DNA of 64,000 nucleotides, taken from the NCBI GenBank assembly GCA_014879535.1, contig JACSRX010000037.1, positions 32,629 through 96,628 on the forward strand. The letters are read 5' to 3'. Shown here piece by piece: positions 21,184 through 32,208 of this stretch (its first letter is position 1; every line of letters starts with the position of its first letter). The notes below the pieces were generated by a model. That model did no database searches and was not told the origin of the DNA. It saw nothing but the letters and a program-made list of their open reading frames with translations. A program made the position numbers and the translations under genes. Source of the DNA: Chthoniobacterales bacterium. Lineage in GTDB: Bacteria; Verrucomicrobiota; Verrucomicrobiia; Chthoniobacterales; JACTMZ01.

Positions 21184-24100
21184 ATGATCAACCCATTCCA
21201 ACCCGCCATGTCTGTTCAATTGAGAACAATCGCTGCCTCCGCAGCATTCTTGATTCTTGCTCTGCCCGCATGGGCTGATCCGTTCGATTCCGCCAATCCC
21301 CGCTCAACCGTGGAGGACGTTTTGAAAATGGAGCCCGAACCCCAAGGAACTTTGCATGCTTTGGTGCGGGGCAGACTTTTGGGTGTGACGGGGCTAAAGA
21401 TGACGGAGGGATCGGTTTCAAGATACAAGATGTGGCTGACCACCATGGGAGCAAATCCATCGGTCCACGTGAGGGAGGGGACGGATGAGAAAGTGCCTCC
21501 GCCTGAAGAACTTCAGGCCTGGATTGGCAAGGAAATCGAAGTGTCTGTAAATGTGCAGAAGTGGGATGACGCAGGCTTCTCCCTTCACAGATGGAGAGAT
21601 GGCCATGAACCGCGTCTGGCCGGACAGGAATCCGGGGACAAACCGACCGCCGACATTCACCCGTTGGCGATCTTTGCAGACCTTCCGAGGGTTTCTGTGA
21701 AGGAACTTAGGAAGAAGGATATTTCAAAGGACTTCGGCGCATTCTCCGGTCACCCAGTCCTTATCATTGGAAAGTTGTACTCAGTCGTCGGCGAGGGCCT
21801 TAGCACTCGGAATTTCTGGATGACTCAAAATTCAGGCAAGGGATCGGTCTCTTTCTCTATGGACCCTGGCAGAGATGCCGATGAAATTAAAAAACTGGTA
21901 GGAAAGGAGATAGCGATCTTAGCCGGCAATGTTGGCAAACTGCCAAGCGAACTGCGATCGGCTGTTGAGTTTGACATCAGCGCTGAAAATTTTCTCGATC
22001 AAGGCCGCGTGCGCCCTGCCGTGTTTCTCTCAGCTGATATTCCCGCAGCAGGCGCTCCTTCAGTTCCGCAACACAAGGTTCTTCCGGCAGCGCCCGCAGG
22101 TTCCACGGCAAATCTCCAGCCAGCTAGAAATATCCCTCGACAAGTATCCTCGCAACAAACTGGCACGCTGCTTGCCCCGCTGCGGGTCGAACTCAAACAC
22201 AATGGAAAGGCCGTTGGTTCGACGACACTTCAGCCGGGCACCTCGTTGCCGATTGTGAAGTCGGATGGGGCGCGTGCCTTGGTCAAACACGCCGGAGGGG
22301 AAAGCTGGGTGCAAGCGGCGAGCGAGTGGGATGTTACCCAAATCGCCGACCTCACCGCTGATCTGTCTGGAGGGCGTGAGTTAATGGCCAGCGTGAAAGC
22401 CAGCCTCGTGATCACCAACGATGAGCCACGCGTTGCATGGATCACACCCAGCGGTTTGTTTTTCGCGGAGCGCAAAGCCAACCAATGGGAGGTGGAGAAG
22501 ATCGATGGATGGAACCTCGATCCGGAAGGAGAGAGGCGGGTAAACTGCCAGCTTTACCTCGATAGCGATGGCAAACCCCACATTGCCTATACCTCTTCCG
22601 AAAGCCCGGGTTTCTTGAAATATGCGGTGCGCGGCAGCAACGGCTGGAGCATCGACACGGTGTTCAGAGCGGATTCGTATGGGAAAAATGGCACTGCTGG
22701 TGCTCGTTTGGCTGTGGGGGAGTGGAAGGGTGCCATCGCGATAGCATCATGGAATGCCCCCAGAGCCAGCAGGGGAGAGCCCTCGTTGTGGACCTCGGTC
22801 GACGAATCTTGGGTTGAGCAGGATCTTGACGCAGAAAGCCGCGGTGGCATTCGCACAATCCCAAGGGACGTCTTGTTCTCCCGGGGCAATGCACTCGATC
22901 TCTTGGGGTTAAGCTGGCTTGATAAGAAGGTTGGGGAGGGGGGTGACACCAAGTGGTGGCCAAGTTTTGGTCAATCAGACGGCCAGAAATGGGTTGATCA
23001 GAAAATCCAAGCCCCCCAACAGCAAGACGTGGCCCCGCATTTTCTGGCGAGCCATGGGGAGCAGGTTTACGCCTCCTTCTCCACGGCTTTCAACAATTGC
23101 CTGAACCTTGCACGGCGATCAGGCGCTTCCTGGGAGATCATGTCGTTGGATCCCGCAAAGCTTTTGGATATGGCTTCCGAGGGTGCTCCGAAGTGGAGTT
23201 GGTTGATCTGGGATTCTCTTCCATTTCTCGGGGGGAGAAGGGACGCGCTTCTCGCGGGGATGGATGCATTCGCTGAGAACAGAATCGGATTGCTCATGGC
23301 AAATGGAGTGGGCGATTCGGAGGGGGAACATGCCGTTTATTACGGCGATGTCATCTTCCCGAGTCGTTGCCTTTCCGAAAAGGTCGCAGCAGGCTTCCCC
23401 TGCGCTTTCGCATTCGACGAGGGCGCAACGCCGCACATCGTTTTCGTGAATGCAGGCGAGTTGTGCCTCGCCACGCGCAAAAGTGCTGCCCAAATCGCGG
23501 CAGGCAAGCAGGAGGGAGCGGGGCTCCGGCTTCCGGAGGCCGTGCAGAATGTCCGGCCGGCCACCGCCAAAGTTCTTCCAGAAAAAATCCGCCCGGGCTC
23601 AGAGCTAGAGCGGATGCAACGTATCGCGGCCTTGGGGGAGCCTCAGAAGTTCACGCTTCCTGTCGCCGGCGAGAATGCCCAGTTCATTCGCTGGGGCAGT
23701 GGAGACAAAGCCATTGTTTTTTTCACGCAAACTCCGAAGTGGACCGAAACACGCAGTGTCGGCAGGGATGGAGAAAAAAAGGGGTTCGTAAAACGCTTTA
23801 ATGAATCCCCGTCTGCCATTGCCTCCCAGATCGATGCCTATGCCCCTTGGCTCGAAAATGGCTACTCGGTGATTGCTTGGGATTACCCGCGCGACCCGCA
23901 ACGCGACAATCGCAAGGAGGGCGAAATCGACGAAGCGCAACTTCACCCCGACCATTCAGGAGCTGCAAAATCCATGATCGAAGCCCTGCGCGAGAAAGCG
24001 GGGCTGACCGAGTTGATTCTTATTGGCAACACAGACGGAGCGGAACTGCTGCTCTGGGATTTGGCGGCGCTTGAGGGAGATCAAGAGGCCAAGGTCATAC

Positions 24101-24342
24101 TCGTGGCTCCGAAATTTCACCACCTGCCCGATATTTCGAAACTGCCTGATCAGGCAAAGGCTGTGATCATCGATAACACCGATTCCATGTATTATACCCA
24201 ACACCATCCGGAAGCAGGAGCTTGGGTCAAGGCCCATCGTTCCGATGCCACCGATACGCTCGCCCCGGGTGGGGGGCACCCGGCGGTTGGCGCTGATATT
24301 GGTCATGAAACCTTTGCCCAATGGCTTTTGAATTCGAAATGA
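21184..24342 (+). CDS. large secreted protein, unknown function
   Basis: Start at ATG 21184. Signal-like segment RTIAASAAFLILALPAWADP. An SH3b-like stretch is followed by repeated beta-rich segments (HIAYTSSESPGFLKYAVRGSNGWS). The C-terminal part resembles an alpha/beta-hydrolase (LILIGNTDGAELL). Confidence 0.6.
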   Translation: MINPFQPAMSVQLRTIAASAAFLILALPAWADPFDSANPRSTVEDVLKMEPEPQGTLHALVRGRLLGVTGLKMTEGSVSRYKMWLTTMGANPSVHVREGTDEKVPPPEELQAWIGKEIEVSVNVQKWDDAGFSLHRWRDGHEPRLAGQESGDKPTADIHPLAIFADLPRVSVKELRKKDISKDFGAFSGHPVLIIGKLYSVVGEGLSTRNFWMTQNSGKGSVSFSMDPGRDADEIKKLVGKEIAILAGNVGKLPSELRSAVEFDISAENFLDQGRVRPAVFLSADIPAAGAPSVPQHKVLPAAPAGSTANLQPARNIPRQVSSQQTGTLLAPLRVELKHNGKAVGSTTLQPGTSLPIVKSDGARALVKHAGGESWVQAASEWDVTQIADLTADLSGGRELMASVKASLVITNDEPRVAWITPSGLFFAERKANQWEVEKIDGWNLDPEGERRVNCQLYLDSDGKPHIAYTSSESPGFLKYAVRGSNGWSIDTVFRADSYGKNGTAGARLAVGEWKGAIAIASWNAPRASRGEPSLWTSVDESWVEQDLDAESRGGIRTIPRDVLFSRGNALDLLGLSWLDKKVGEGGDTKWWPSFGQSDGQKWVDQKIQAPQQQDVAPHFLASHGEQVYASFSTAFNNCLNLARRSGASWEIMSLDPAKLLDMASEGAPKWSWLIWDSLPFLGGRRDALLAGMDAFAENRIGLLMANGVGDSEGEHAVYYGDVIFPSRCLSEKVAAGFPCAFAFDEGATPHIVFVNAGELCLATRKSAAQIAAGKQEGAGLRLPEAVQNVRPATAKVLPEKIRPGSELERMQRIAALGEPQKFTLPVAGENAQFIRWGSGDKAIVFFTQTPKWTETRSVGRDGEKKGFVKRFNESPSAIASQIDAYAPWLENGYSVIAWDYPRDPQRDNRKEGEIDEAQLHPDHSGAAKSMIEALREKAGLTELILIGNTDGAELLLWDLAALEGDQEAKVILVAPKFHHLPDISKLPDQAKAVIIDNTDSMYYTQHHPEAGAWVKAHRSDATDTLAPGGGHPAVGADIGHETFAQWLLNSK

Positions 24343-24566
24343 ATTTCGGAGAACAATCACAACGTCTCTCCCGGGTGGATGTTTCGGAGAGACAGAGGGA
24401 ACCGGCTGGAGGAGATCCGGTTTATGACCGCTGCGCTGTTGAGGAGTTTGCGGCCAAGGCTTGGCGCACAGATGCACTCTGGTTTGGCAGCAGTCAGCAA
24501 ACAACCTCGACTCTTTGTGATGACGAAGTCACACTTCGATGCGATGCAAAGGGTGCGCATGCGGCA

Positions 24567-25292
24567 ATGAGGACCCGGAGCGACACCATTTTTGGAGGTC
24601 GTTCCATCGCCGTCGGATTTATCGCGCTGCTGGCCTTGGGCGCCGTTTCTTCAGCCCAGGTCATTCGGGACAGCGTGGAGGTGGACATGGGGCCTCGCTC
24701 CATTTTCTACAACAGGATCGAGCCGCCGGTTCTCAAGCCGCAGCCGACGCCTGCTCCTGTCTCCCGCGCCGCGCTGGAGGTGGAGCCGACAGCGGAGGAG
24801 TTGGCCGAGCTGGCGGCATGGAACGCCAAGACCGACGTCTATCTGTTCCTGTCCTGCACGGTTTTCGATCACTCGGTGACCGAGGTGCGGTGGTGGCGCG
24901 AGGAGGGGGAGTATGTTTTCTGGAGCGGGATCGACTTCAACCACCTGCGTGGGGCGTGGGGTCTGGAGACCAACCGCACCCGGTTCACCCTCATCCTCGG
25001 CATCGGGGACGAATCCTCCGAGGAAACGGGTGCGGTGGTTCCCAAAGTGCCAGTCGGGGAATACCGGATCGTGGGCTTCCCGAAGACCGGCATTTCTCCG
25101 GAGGTGGTGGCGGCCCTTGATGATCTGCACGCCTGCTACATGGCCAACCGCGAATCCTTCAGACTGGCCTTCGAGGCTTCCGAGGCGAAACGGTTGGAGG
25201 ACGAGGCGTGGCAGAGGGCGAATCCCCCGGTGCCCAAAGACACTGTCATCAACTACTTCCCGATCCGCAGTTCCCAAGGAGGTTCCCGGTGA
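24567..25292 (+). CDS. secreted hypothetical protein
   Basis: Start at internal ATG 24567 (MRTRSDTIFGGRSIAVGFIALLALGAVSSAQV, a signal/anchor). Same strand as the Rhs operon and tightly packed with it. Confidence 0.5.
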   Translation: MRTRSDTIFGGRSIAVGFIALLALGAVSSAQVIRDSVEVDMGPRSIFYNRIEPPVLKPQPTPAPVSRAALEVEPTAEELAELAAWNAKTDVYLFLSCTVFDHSVTEVRWWREEGEYVFWSGIDFNHLRGAWGLETNRTRFTLILGIGDESSEETGAVVPKVPVGEYRIVGFPKTGISPEVVAALDDLHACYMANRESFRLAFEASEAKRLEDEAWQRANPPVPKDTVINYFPIRSSQGGSR

Positions 25293-25990
25293 GGCAGCTT
25301 TGGGTCTTTCTTGCCGCCATCTTGGCCGCTGTTCCCTGTAGTCGGGCACAAGCCCCGGACGAACTCAACGAAGGCTCGAAAGTCGAATGGGACTCGACCA
25401 ACGCGATATGGCGGTTGAAGTGGTGGGGACAGGCTGGGCATACCTACTTCATCCGACACAACGAGGACCCGAGGGAGCCATGGCTATGGATTCCGGTGAT
25501 CGAAAGCGGGGATGACTCTATAAAAGAGTGGGGTTTCACGTCCACCGGGGACCGGTTCTTCGTGAGGTTCAAATACACCGATATTCCAACCACCGATCCC
25601 GAATTGGCCGACTTCGACGGTGACGGCATCGGGAACATGGCGGAGTTGCTGCAGGGGACGGATCCATTGTCGGCGGTTGATCTTGATGCCAATGGATTGC
25701 CCGATGACTGGGAAATCTACTATTTCGGGGAAACGGGTCAGGATCCCTCGGGCCACTCGGATGATGACGGTCTGACCAACTTGGAGGAATTCTATGCGGG
25801 GACGGACCCGACCGAGAGAGACACCGACGGGGACGGGGTGGATGATGGAACCTTGAGGTTGAAATTCGAATACGACCTTGTTGGACGGCTTGAGGAGGCG
25901 CGGGAGGGTGCGGGAGACTCTGAGGGTTTCGGTTACGATGACGGAGGCAATGTCGAAGCGGGCACGGGACTGAGGGCAGGAAACCCTTAG
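25289..25990 (+). CDS. secreted protein with thrombospondin type-3-like calcium-binding repeats
   Basis: GTG start at 25289 overlaps the upstream stop (GTGA). Signal VRQLWVFLAAILAAVPCSRAQA. Asp-rich repeats DFDGDGIGNMAE, DLDANGLPDDWE, SDDDGLTNLEE, DTDGDGVDDG. Confidence 0.6.
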   Translation: MRQLWVFLAAILAAVPCSRAQAPDELNEGSKVEWDSTNAIWRLKWWGQAGHTYFIRHNEDPREPWLWIPVIESGDDSIKEWGFTSTGDRFFVRFKYTDIPTTDPELADFDGDGIGNMAELLQGTDPLSAVDLDANGLPDDWEIYYFGETGQDPSGHSDDDGLTNLEEFYAGTDPTERDTDGDGVDDGTLRLKFEYDLVGRLEEAREGAGDSEGFGYDDGGNVEAGTGLRAGNP

Positions 25991-25998
25991 ACGCCTTG

Positions 25999-28900
25999 AT
26001 GAAGACCTACATGAGAAGCAGAGTGGCGGGATGGGGGCTGGCAATGCTGACCGTCTGTTGCCCGCGTGTGGTTGCGGAGATTCCCTATCCTGTATGGGAG
26101 AGCGTTCCTGTGGACCCCTCGGCAATGCCCGTGATTTTGGACATGAACGACCCCCTGCCTCCCGAAGAGGAGGTGCATTCGCTGATGTTGCAGAGTTGGA
26201 GTGAAGAGAGTTTTGATGAGGAGATCGTTGCGCTCGCCACCGCGCTGGGGGATGGCAGTGCGGCCAGTGGTGAAAACGCGGAGGCCAAAGCGGTCCGGGT
26301 GTTCAACTGGGTTCGCAACAACATTGACTACGATTACTATTACGGATTGCGCAAAGGGGCGGCCCTCACCCTCCTTGAGAGTTCCGGCAATGATTTCGAC
26401 CAATCGGCATTGCTGGCTGAGTTGCTGGTGGCGTCAGGTTATCCGGCATCGGACGTGAAGCTGCTGCTCACCTCGCAGCCGGTGGACTACGTCGATCTTG
26501 TGGAATGGATGGGACTTGCTGAGGAGCCCTATCCGGGCAAGACCTTCCTAGAGGCGAACGGGGTGTCAATAACCAGCGTCGGCTTCCCGGCTGGCACCAG
26601 CGACTTGGTTGCCAAGCAGGCGTTGTTCGGTTGGCAGTTTCTTAACAGTCGTGGACCCGGTAATGACGTATTCCCCAATGGCTCAGAACTTCCCAGCAAG
26701 GCGAACTTGGTCTTCCGACGGATGTTTGTGCGTCTCACCGTGGGAAGTGTGACTTACGATCTCGATCCATCTCGCAAGGTCTATGAGAAGATCACAGCCG
26801 CCAATGCCCTGCCAGCCGCCATCGGGTATGATCGCTCGTCGCTGCTCTCGGCCGCCGGGGGCACCGGTGATTCCAATTCCACGTCCGGGCTCAACCAGAC
26901 CAATATCGCCACGCACTTAACAGCGCGAACCACGCAGCTTCTGGACGAGTTGAGCGGCGCGTGGTCGGGTCTTTCCATGGAGGAGGTGATCAATGGTCGC
27001 CGGATCGTCCGGCAGGATGTTTCCAATCTCGCCGACGCCTCCACTGTGCCCGGCGACTATTACGGTGCAGCGACGCTCTTCGCTTCGGCATCGGACTCCG
27101 CGTTGGCAGGTTACAAGACGACTGTGAATTTCAAGTCCACGGAGGCGGCAGGCTTGGACTACACGATTGCGACCGCGGATTTGAAGGGCCGCAAAATCAC
27201 GCTGACCTTCAGCGGAAACAACGCCGAGTTGCGGCTGGACGATGACGAGGTGGCCGACACCGGGGCTCTGGGGTCCGCGACGGTTATGAACCTTTCGATC
27301 ACGGTGACGCATCCGGGGATGGGGGCGATCAGTAATCCGCCAGCCACCTACCGGAAGACGACCTCGGCGTCGGAGCTATGCTCCTATGCAATCATCTACG
27401 GATTCAACGCTTCGGAGCGGCTGCTGGCCAAACGGCAGGAGCGGCTCAAGGCCTACAAGGATGCCGGGCTGCCCGATGATTCCCGCGAAGTCCGCACGGA
27501 GCTTCTCAACATCATGGGGCTGACTTGGCTTCGCCAGACCGGGATATGCACCCGCGCGCTGTCGGCGCAGAACAACGTGCTGTCTCTCGCGCATCACCGG
27601 TTCGGACGGATGGCGCAGGAGGCGGGTTTCTATGTGGACGTCGGCATCCAGCTTTCCAGTAATTTCCCAGACGACGCCATTCCCGGCCCGAACCATCCCT
27701 CGGCATCCGCTCGCTTCGGTAATGTGTTTCATCTGGGCGCGATGTTCGCGAGTGCGATGGAGCACGGGATCATCGAGCAGATGCAGCCCGGCAGCTCAGC
27801 CGTCTCGACTGTGAACATCCTGAGGCTGGCCAACAGCACATCCGGCAATGCCCTGTATCTTGCCACTTCCTCGAATTGGAGCACCGTTTCACCAATCCTC
27901 GCGACGAACGGTTATACCACAGCGCAGATCAGCGACTTCAATGCCCGCATCAGCGGAGGTGCGCGGATTTTTCTGCCGAAAAACGCGGGCGTCTCCCAGG
28001 GCATCTGGGACGGTTCCGGCTGGGCGATTCGCTCTCCCACCAACGCGGGCATGATCATCAGCGGGGGCTACAGCGGAGGGTATTCGACGACCCCCAGCGT
28101 GGTCAGCTACTCCCCGATCAACACGAGTTATGCATTCAGTCCGGCCTCGATCTATTTCACACCGTCTATTCCTGTAAGCCTGCCTCCCCCGCCCGTATCG
28201 ACGCCAAAGTTCTACGGAAGCGATCCCGTGGACATGGCTACGGGCGCCTTCGTTTATGCCTCGGAGGACCTGGCGACGGGTCTGGAGGCAGCGCCGCGAG
28301 GGCTGGCGTTCTCGCGGTATTATTCCTCGGGCCAATCGGCCCGCGACGAGCAGAACATGGGCCATGGGTGGACGCACAACTTGCACATCCAAGCCGAACC
28401 TCGCACCGCGTCCGACGAGGCGTTGGGGATGGGTTCCCCACAGCAGGCCGCGGCGTTCCTTGTGGCGATGACCGCGGGTGCCGATCTTTACCGGGAGGGC
28501 GCCACCCCCAAGGAATGGGGCGTGGCGGCGCTGGTTGTGGGCTGGTTCGTGGACCAGATGCGCGACAATGCGGTCTCCGTGCGCATGGGCAAGGATGTGT
28601 TCCAGTTCGTAGCTCAGCCCGACGGGAGCTACACGCCACCGCCCGCTTCCACCATGACCTTGGGCAAAACGACGAACTCCACCTACTTCCTGCAGCAGCG
28701 TTTGGGCAATACAGTCCATTTCGATGCCCGGGGCAAGGCATCAAAAATTGTGGATGTTGACGGACGGGAAATGACCTTCATCTACAACTCCAGCACCAAC
28801 TTGGATTACGTGCAGGATCATGTGGGCCGCAGGTTCACCTTCGGCTACGATGGCAACAAGCGCATCACCTCAATTGCCGATTCGACCACCCCGTCGCGCA

Positions 28901-31900
28901 GCGTAAGCTTCGGCTACGACACCAACGGCAACCTCATCACCGCCAGCGACCCAGAGGGCAAGGTTTCGCACTTCGACTACGAGGTGGAAGGCGATCCCGG
29001 CAACACGGTGGCCTCCGAGCACCGCATTGTGCGGCTGCGCAACGACGACGACGAAACCATCACGCAGAACGTCTACGACGCTCTCGGGCGGGTCGAGCGC
29101 CAGTTCCTGCACGGGGACACGAATAAGACATTCCACCTCTTCTACACGGGCAGGGACAACTTCGAGGTGAACCCGGAAGGGGGTGCCACCCACTACTACT
29201 ACGACGAGCGCGGTCGGGCGTCCGGCAGCCGTGACGCCGAAGGCAATGTCACCTCGATGACTTATGATGGCCAAGACCGGATCGTGACTAGAACCTCGGG
29301 GGCCGGGGAAACCACTGTTTACACCCACGACGCCAACCACAACATCACCCGTATCGACCATCCGCGCGGCGGCGGTTCAACATTGTTGGATTACGACAGC
29401 CTCAATCGTCTGGACCTCGCCACCGATCCCAATGGCGTGCAGACCGATTACGTCTATTTTTCCAGCGGCGCCAACGCGGACAAGGACCGGCCGCAAAACG
29501 TGATCCATGCCAAGGGCACGGCGGATCAGTCCACGACCACGTTCTCCTATGTGGCCAGCGGCCCTGCGGTCGGGCGCGTGCAAACAATCAACGATGGCGA
29601 CGGGCTGCTCACGACCAAGACGTATGACTCCAATGGTCACCCGGATGTGACGACCGCCCCGGGCGGATTCGTCACCGATCAGAACTACGATGATAGGGGT
29701 GATCTCTTTTCTGTTACCGATCCGCGCAACAGCACGACAACGCGCACCTACAACAAGCGCCGTCAGGTCACCTCCACGGTTGCAGACTCGGGCGGCATCT
29801 CCGCATCGTCCGATGTGACCTACGACAATCAGGCCCGGGTGGAGACAGTGACGGCCCCGGCGCACAATGGCGGGCAGCGGTCGCAAACTGGCACAACGTA
29901 TTCGCCCACCGACAAGGTGCAGGTGGAGAAGCTCAATACGGTGACCATGGCGGAGACGATCTACGACAGCCGCGATTGGGCGGCGAGTGCCAAGGACGCC
30001 GCCAACCGCACGACCATCTTTGTGCGTGAGGCGAACGGCAATTTGCAGGAGGTCCAGAAGCCCGGCGCGCGCACGACGGCATTTACCTATGATGGCGACC
30101 GCCGTCTGCTGGGGACCTCCAATCCGGGGGCAAACTCCGGTGTGCGGGTTGAGGAGTTCGCCTATGACACCACCTCCGGCGGGCTGCCCCGCACGGTGAA
30201 GACCGAAGCGGACAACTTGACTGTGGTGCAGGAGTTTGACGCCAAGGGGCAGCTCCGCTTCCTCAAGGACCGCAAGGGAGCCACCTTCGAGTTTCGCTAC
30301 GGTGGCTTGGGGCGTCGCACGCATGTGATCCCTCCCGGCAGCGTGGGCACCGTGACCTCCTACACGAAGAACGGCCGCGTGGATGAGATCACCGAACCCA
30401 GCGGGGACACGGCCACGTTCAGCTACAACGCGACCACCGGACGGCTGCAGAGCGTGGCGTATTCCGGCGGAGCGACCGTCAATTACACCAGCTACGACAA
30501 CAACGGCAATCTCCTCGTTCTCAATGAAAACGGGAGCAACCAAATCACGCGGACCTACGACGGGCTCAACCGTGTGATGAGCTACACCGAGGGCGGACAG
30601 ACCATCGGGTATCGGTATTACCCGAACGGGAAGTTGGCCAAGCTCATCTATCCCGGCGGGACGGAAAACGGCGTGGGGCATGTGGAATACCTCTACAATG
30701 CTGAAGGGCGGCTCTGGCAGGTGATCGACAAACTCGACAGCACGGCAAGCCCGAGGGTCACCACCTATGGGTGGAATGACGACGGGAGCTTGGACTCGAT
30801 CACGCGGCCCAACAACACCGTGCGGTCGATCGGCTACGACAGCGTCGGGCGCCCCGAGACCATCGGAGAGAGTGCGGGTGCCGTATCCCTGCTTGCCTTG
30901 GGAATAACGTATTACCCGAGCGATGAAATCAAGACGCTGGACGTGACCCCAGCGCCGCCGATCCGCAAGACGAAGGCAATTCCCGAAGTGGCAATGACCT
31001 TTGGCGCGGCCAACCGTATTCTCACGTTCAACGGGCAATCGGTGAGCCACGATGACGATGGGAACCTGACCGGCGGCCCGCTTCCCGCAACCGGGGCGAT
31101 GACGAGCTACGGCTACGATACACGCAACCGCCTGACCGGCGCAGGCGGCCTCACTTACACCTACAACGCCGAGAACAACCGCGTGGGGATCGGCGGCACC
31201 GAAACCACGACGCTGGTGGTCGATTCGCAGAGCGCCTTGCCCAAGGTGCTCGTGCGGACCAAGAATGGAGTGACCACGCGGTATGTTTACGGTGTCGGGC
31301 TGCAATACGAAGTGAGCAGTGCGGGGGATGCCACCTACTACCACTACGACCAAAGCGGCAACACGGCGGTTCTCACGGACCAATCGGGCGCGGTGGTGGA
31401 CCGGATCACGTATTCGTCTTACGGCACCATCCGCTACCGGCTGGGCAGCTTCGACACGCCATTCCTCTACGGCGGGTTCTTCGGGGTGATGACCGACAGC
31501 AACGGCCTCATCGCCATGCGGGCGCGCTACTACAACCCGCTGACCAAGCGCTTCCTCACCAGCGACCCGGCCTTGGACGGCCTCAACTGGTATGCCTACG
31601 CCGAGGGTAACCCCATCAACTTCGCTGACCCAACGGGGCTGGGGGCGGCCAGTGTCACGGCGGCGTTGAATAGCAGCCTCAATTATCTGGGGATGGTAGG
31701 CGGCGGGGTTGCTTCAGGTCTCAGTCAGGGCTTGGACAACTTCAACAACACGGTGACCTTTGGTTTGTATGACCATCTGGGCTGGTCAAACTCGGGAGCG
31801 AATACCGGGTGGGAACACGATCTGAGCCGTTCGCTTGCGACAATCCCGAGGGATGTTGCTCTCGGAGCCGGGGTTGCCGCTGCCTATCAAAGCATCACCA

Positions 31901-32208
31901 CAACAGCGGCAAGCGTAGTAAATTCTTTGACCACAAGGACGACACTTCAAACTACAATACACGGCGCGGAACGCATTGCAGGAGCAGCTGCAACACGCGG
32001 AGGAGTTCTTAGCGAAGCTGGGGTCGCAGCCGTGCGGCAAGGGGGTCAGGTTATGACGCAGGCCGATGGCGCGACAGTAAGAGTTCTACAGAATCAAACA
32101 GGACGTTTCAACGTTGTAGTTGAAGGTGAACGCGGCATCATAACAACTTTCGAAAATCTTTCTCAAAAATCACTTGATCGTCTCAGTAAAAGTTATGGAT
32201 GGAAATAA
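25999..32208 (+). CDS. Rhs/YD-repeat polymorphic toxin with N-terminal transglutaminase-like region and variable C-terminal toxin domain
   Basis: About 2069 aa. N-terminal signal. Transglutaminase-like segment (VRVFNWVRNNIDYDYYYG...SGNDFDQSALLAELLVASGYPA). Many YD repeats. Conserved Rhs core end: RARYYNPLTKRFLTSDPALDGLNWYAYAEGNPINFADPTGLG. A 187-aa tail follows (31645-32205). Confidence 0.9.
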   Translation: MKTYMRSRVAGWGLAMLTVCCPRVVAEIPYPVWESVPVDPSAMPVILDMNDPLPPEEEVHSLMLQSWSEESFDEEIVALATALGDGSAASGENAEAKAVRVFNWVRNNIDYDYYYGLRKGAALTLLESSGNDFDQSALLAELLVASGYPASDVKLLLTSQPVDYVDLVEWMGLAEEPYPGKTFLEANGVSITSVGFPAGTSDLVAKQALFGWQFLNSRGPGNDVFPNGSELPSKANLVFRRMFVRLTVGSVTYDLDPSRKVYEKITAANALPAAIGYDRSSLLSAAGGTGDSNSTSGLNQTNIATHLTARTTQLLDELSGAWSGLSMEEVINGRRIVRQDVSNLADASTVPGDYYGAATLFASASDSALAGYKTTVNFKSTEAAGLDYTIATADLKGRKITLTFSGNNAELRLDDDEVADTGALGSATVMNLSITVTHPGMGAISNPPATYRKTTSASELCSYAIIYGFNASERLLAKRQERLKAYKDAGLPDDSREVRTELLNIMGLTWLRQTGICTRALSAQNNVLSLAHHRFGRMAQEAGFYVDVGIQLSSNFPDDAIPGPNHPSASARFGNVFHLGAMFASAMEHGIIEQMQPGSSAVSTVNILRLANSTSGNALYLATSSNWSTVSPILATNGYTTAQISDFNARISGGARIFLPKNAGVSQGIWDGSGWAIRSPTNAGMIISGGYSGGYSTTPSVVSYSPINTSYAFSPASIYFTPSIPVSLPPPPVSTPKFYGSDPVDMATGAFVYASEDLATGLEAAPRGLAFSRYYSSGQSARDEQNMGHGWTHNLHIQAEPRTASDEALGMGSPQQAAAFLVAMTAGADLYREGATPKEWGVAALVVGWFVDQMRDNAVSVRMGKDVFQFVAQPDGSYTPPPASTMTLGKTTNSTYFLQQRLGNTVHFDARGKASKIVDVDGREMTFIYNSSTNLDYVQDHVGRRFTFGYDGNKRITSIADSTTPSRSVSFGYDTNGNLITASDPEGKVSHFDYEVEGDPGNTVASEHRIVRLRNDDDETITQNVYDALGRVERQFLHGDTNKTFHLFYTGRDNFEVNPEGGATHYYYDERGRASGSRDAEGNVTSMTYDGQDRIVTRTSGAGETTVYTHDANHNITRIDHPRGGGSTLLDYDSLNRLDLATDPNGVQTDYVYFSSGANADKDRPQNVIHAKGTADQSTTTFSYVASGPAVGRVQTINDGDGLLTTKTYDSNGHPDVTTAPGGFVTDQNYDDRGDLFSVTDPRNSTTTRTYNKRRQVTSTVADSGGISASSDVTYDNQARVETVTAPAHNGGQRSQTGTTYSPTDKVQVEKLNTVTMAETIYDSRDWAASAKDAANRTTIFVREANGNLQEVQKPGARTTAFTYDGDRRLLGTSNPGANSGVRVEEFAYDTTSGGLPRTVKTEADNLTVVQEFDAKGQLRFLKDRKGATFEFRYGGLGRRTHVIPPGSVGTVTSYTKNGRVDEITEPSGDTATFSYNATTGRLQSVAYSGGATVNYTSYDNNGNLLVLNENGSNQITRTYDGLNRVMSYTEGGQTIGYRYYPNGKLAKLIYPGGTENGVGHVEYLYNAEGRLWQVIDKLDSTASPRVTTYGWNDDGSLDSITRPNNTVRSIGYDSVGRPETIGESAGAVSLLALGITYYPSDEIKTLDVTPAPPIRKTKAIPEVAMTFGAANRILTFNGQSVSHDDDGNLTGGPLPATGAMTSYGYDTRNRLTGAGGLTYTYNAENNRVGIGGTETTTLVVDSQSALPKVLVRTKNGVTTRYVYGVGLQYEVSSAGDATYYHYDQSGNTAVLTDQSGAVVDRITYSSYGTIRYRLGSFDTPFLYGGFFGVMTDSNGLIAMRARYYNPLTKRFLTSDPALDGLNWYAYAEGNPINFADPTGLGAASVTAALNSSLNYLGMVGGGVASGLSQGLDNFNNTVTFGLYDHLGWSNSGANTGWEHDLSRSLATIPRDVALGAGVAAAYQSITTTAASVVNSLTTRTTLQTTIHGAERIAGAAATRGGVLSEAGVAAVRQGGQVMTQADGATVRVLQNQTGRFNVVVEGERGIITTFENLSQKSLDRLSKSYGWK

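Noticed and set aside
26280-26460. Transglutaminase-like segment of the Rhs protein in which the expected catalytic Cys position reads Asn (SGNDFDQS), considered as evidence for an inactivated enzyme domain.
   Set aside because: I placed the catalytic position by eye only. Without a profile alignment I cannot be sure the Cys is really missing, so this is not raised as a finding.
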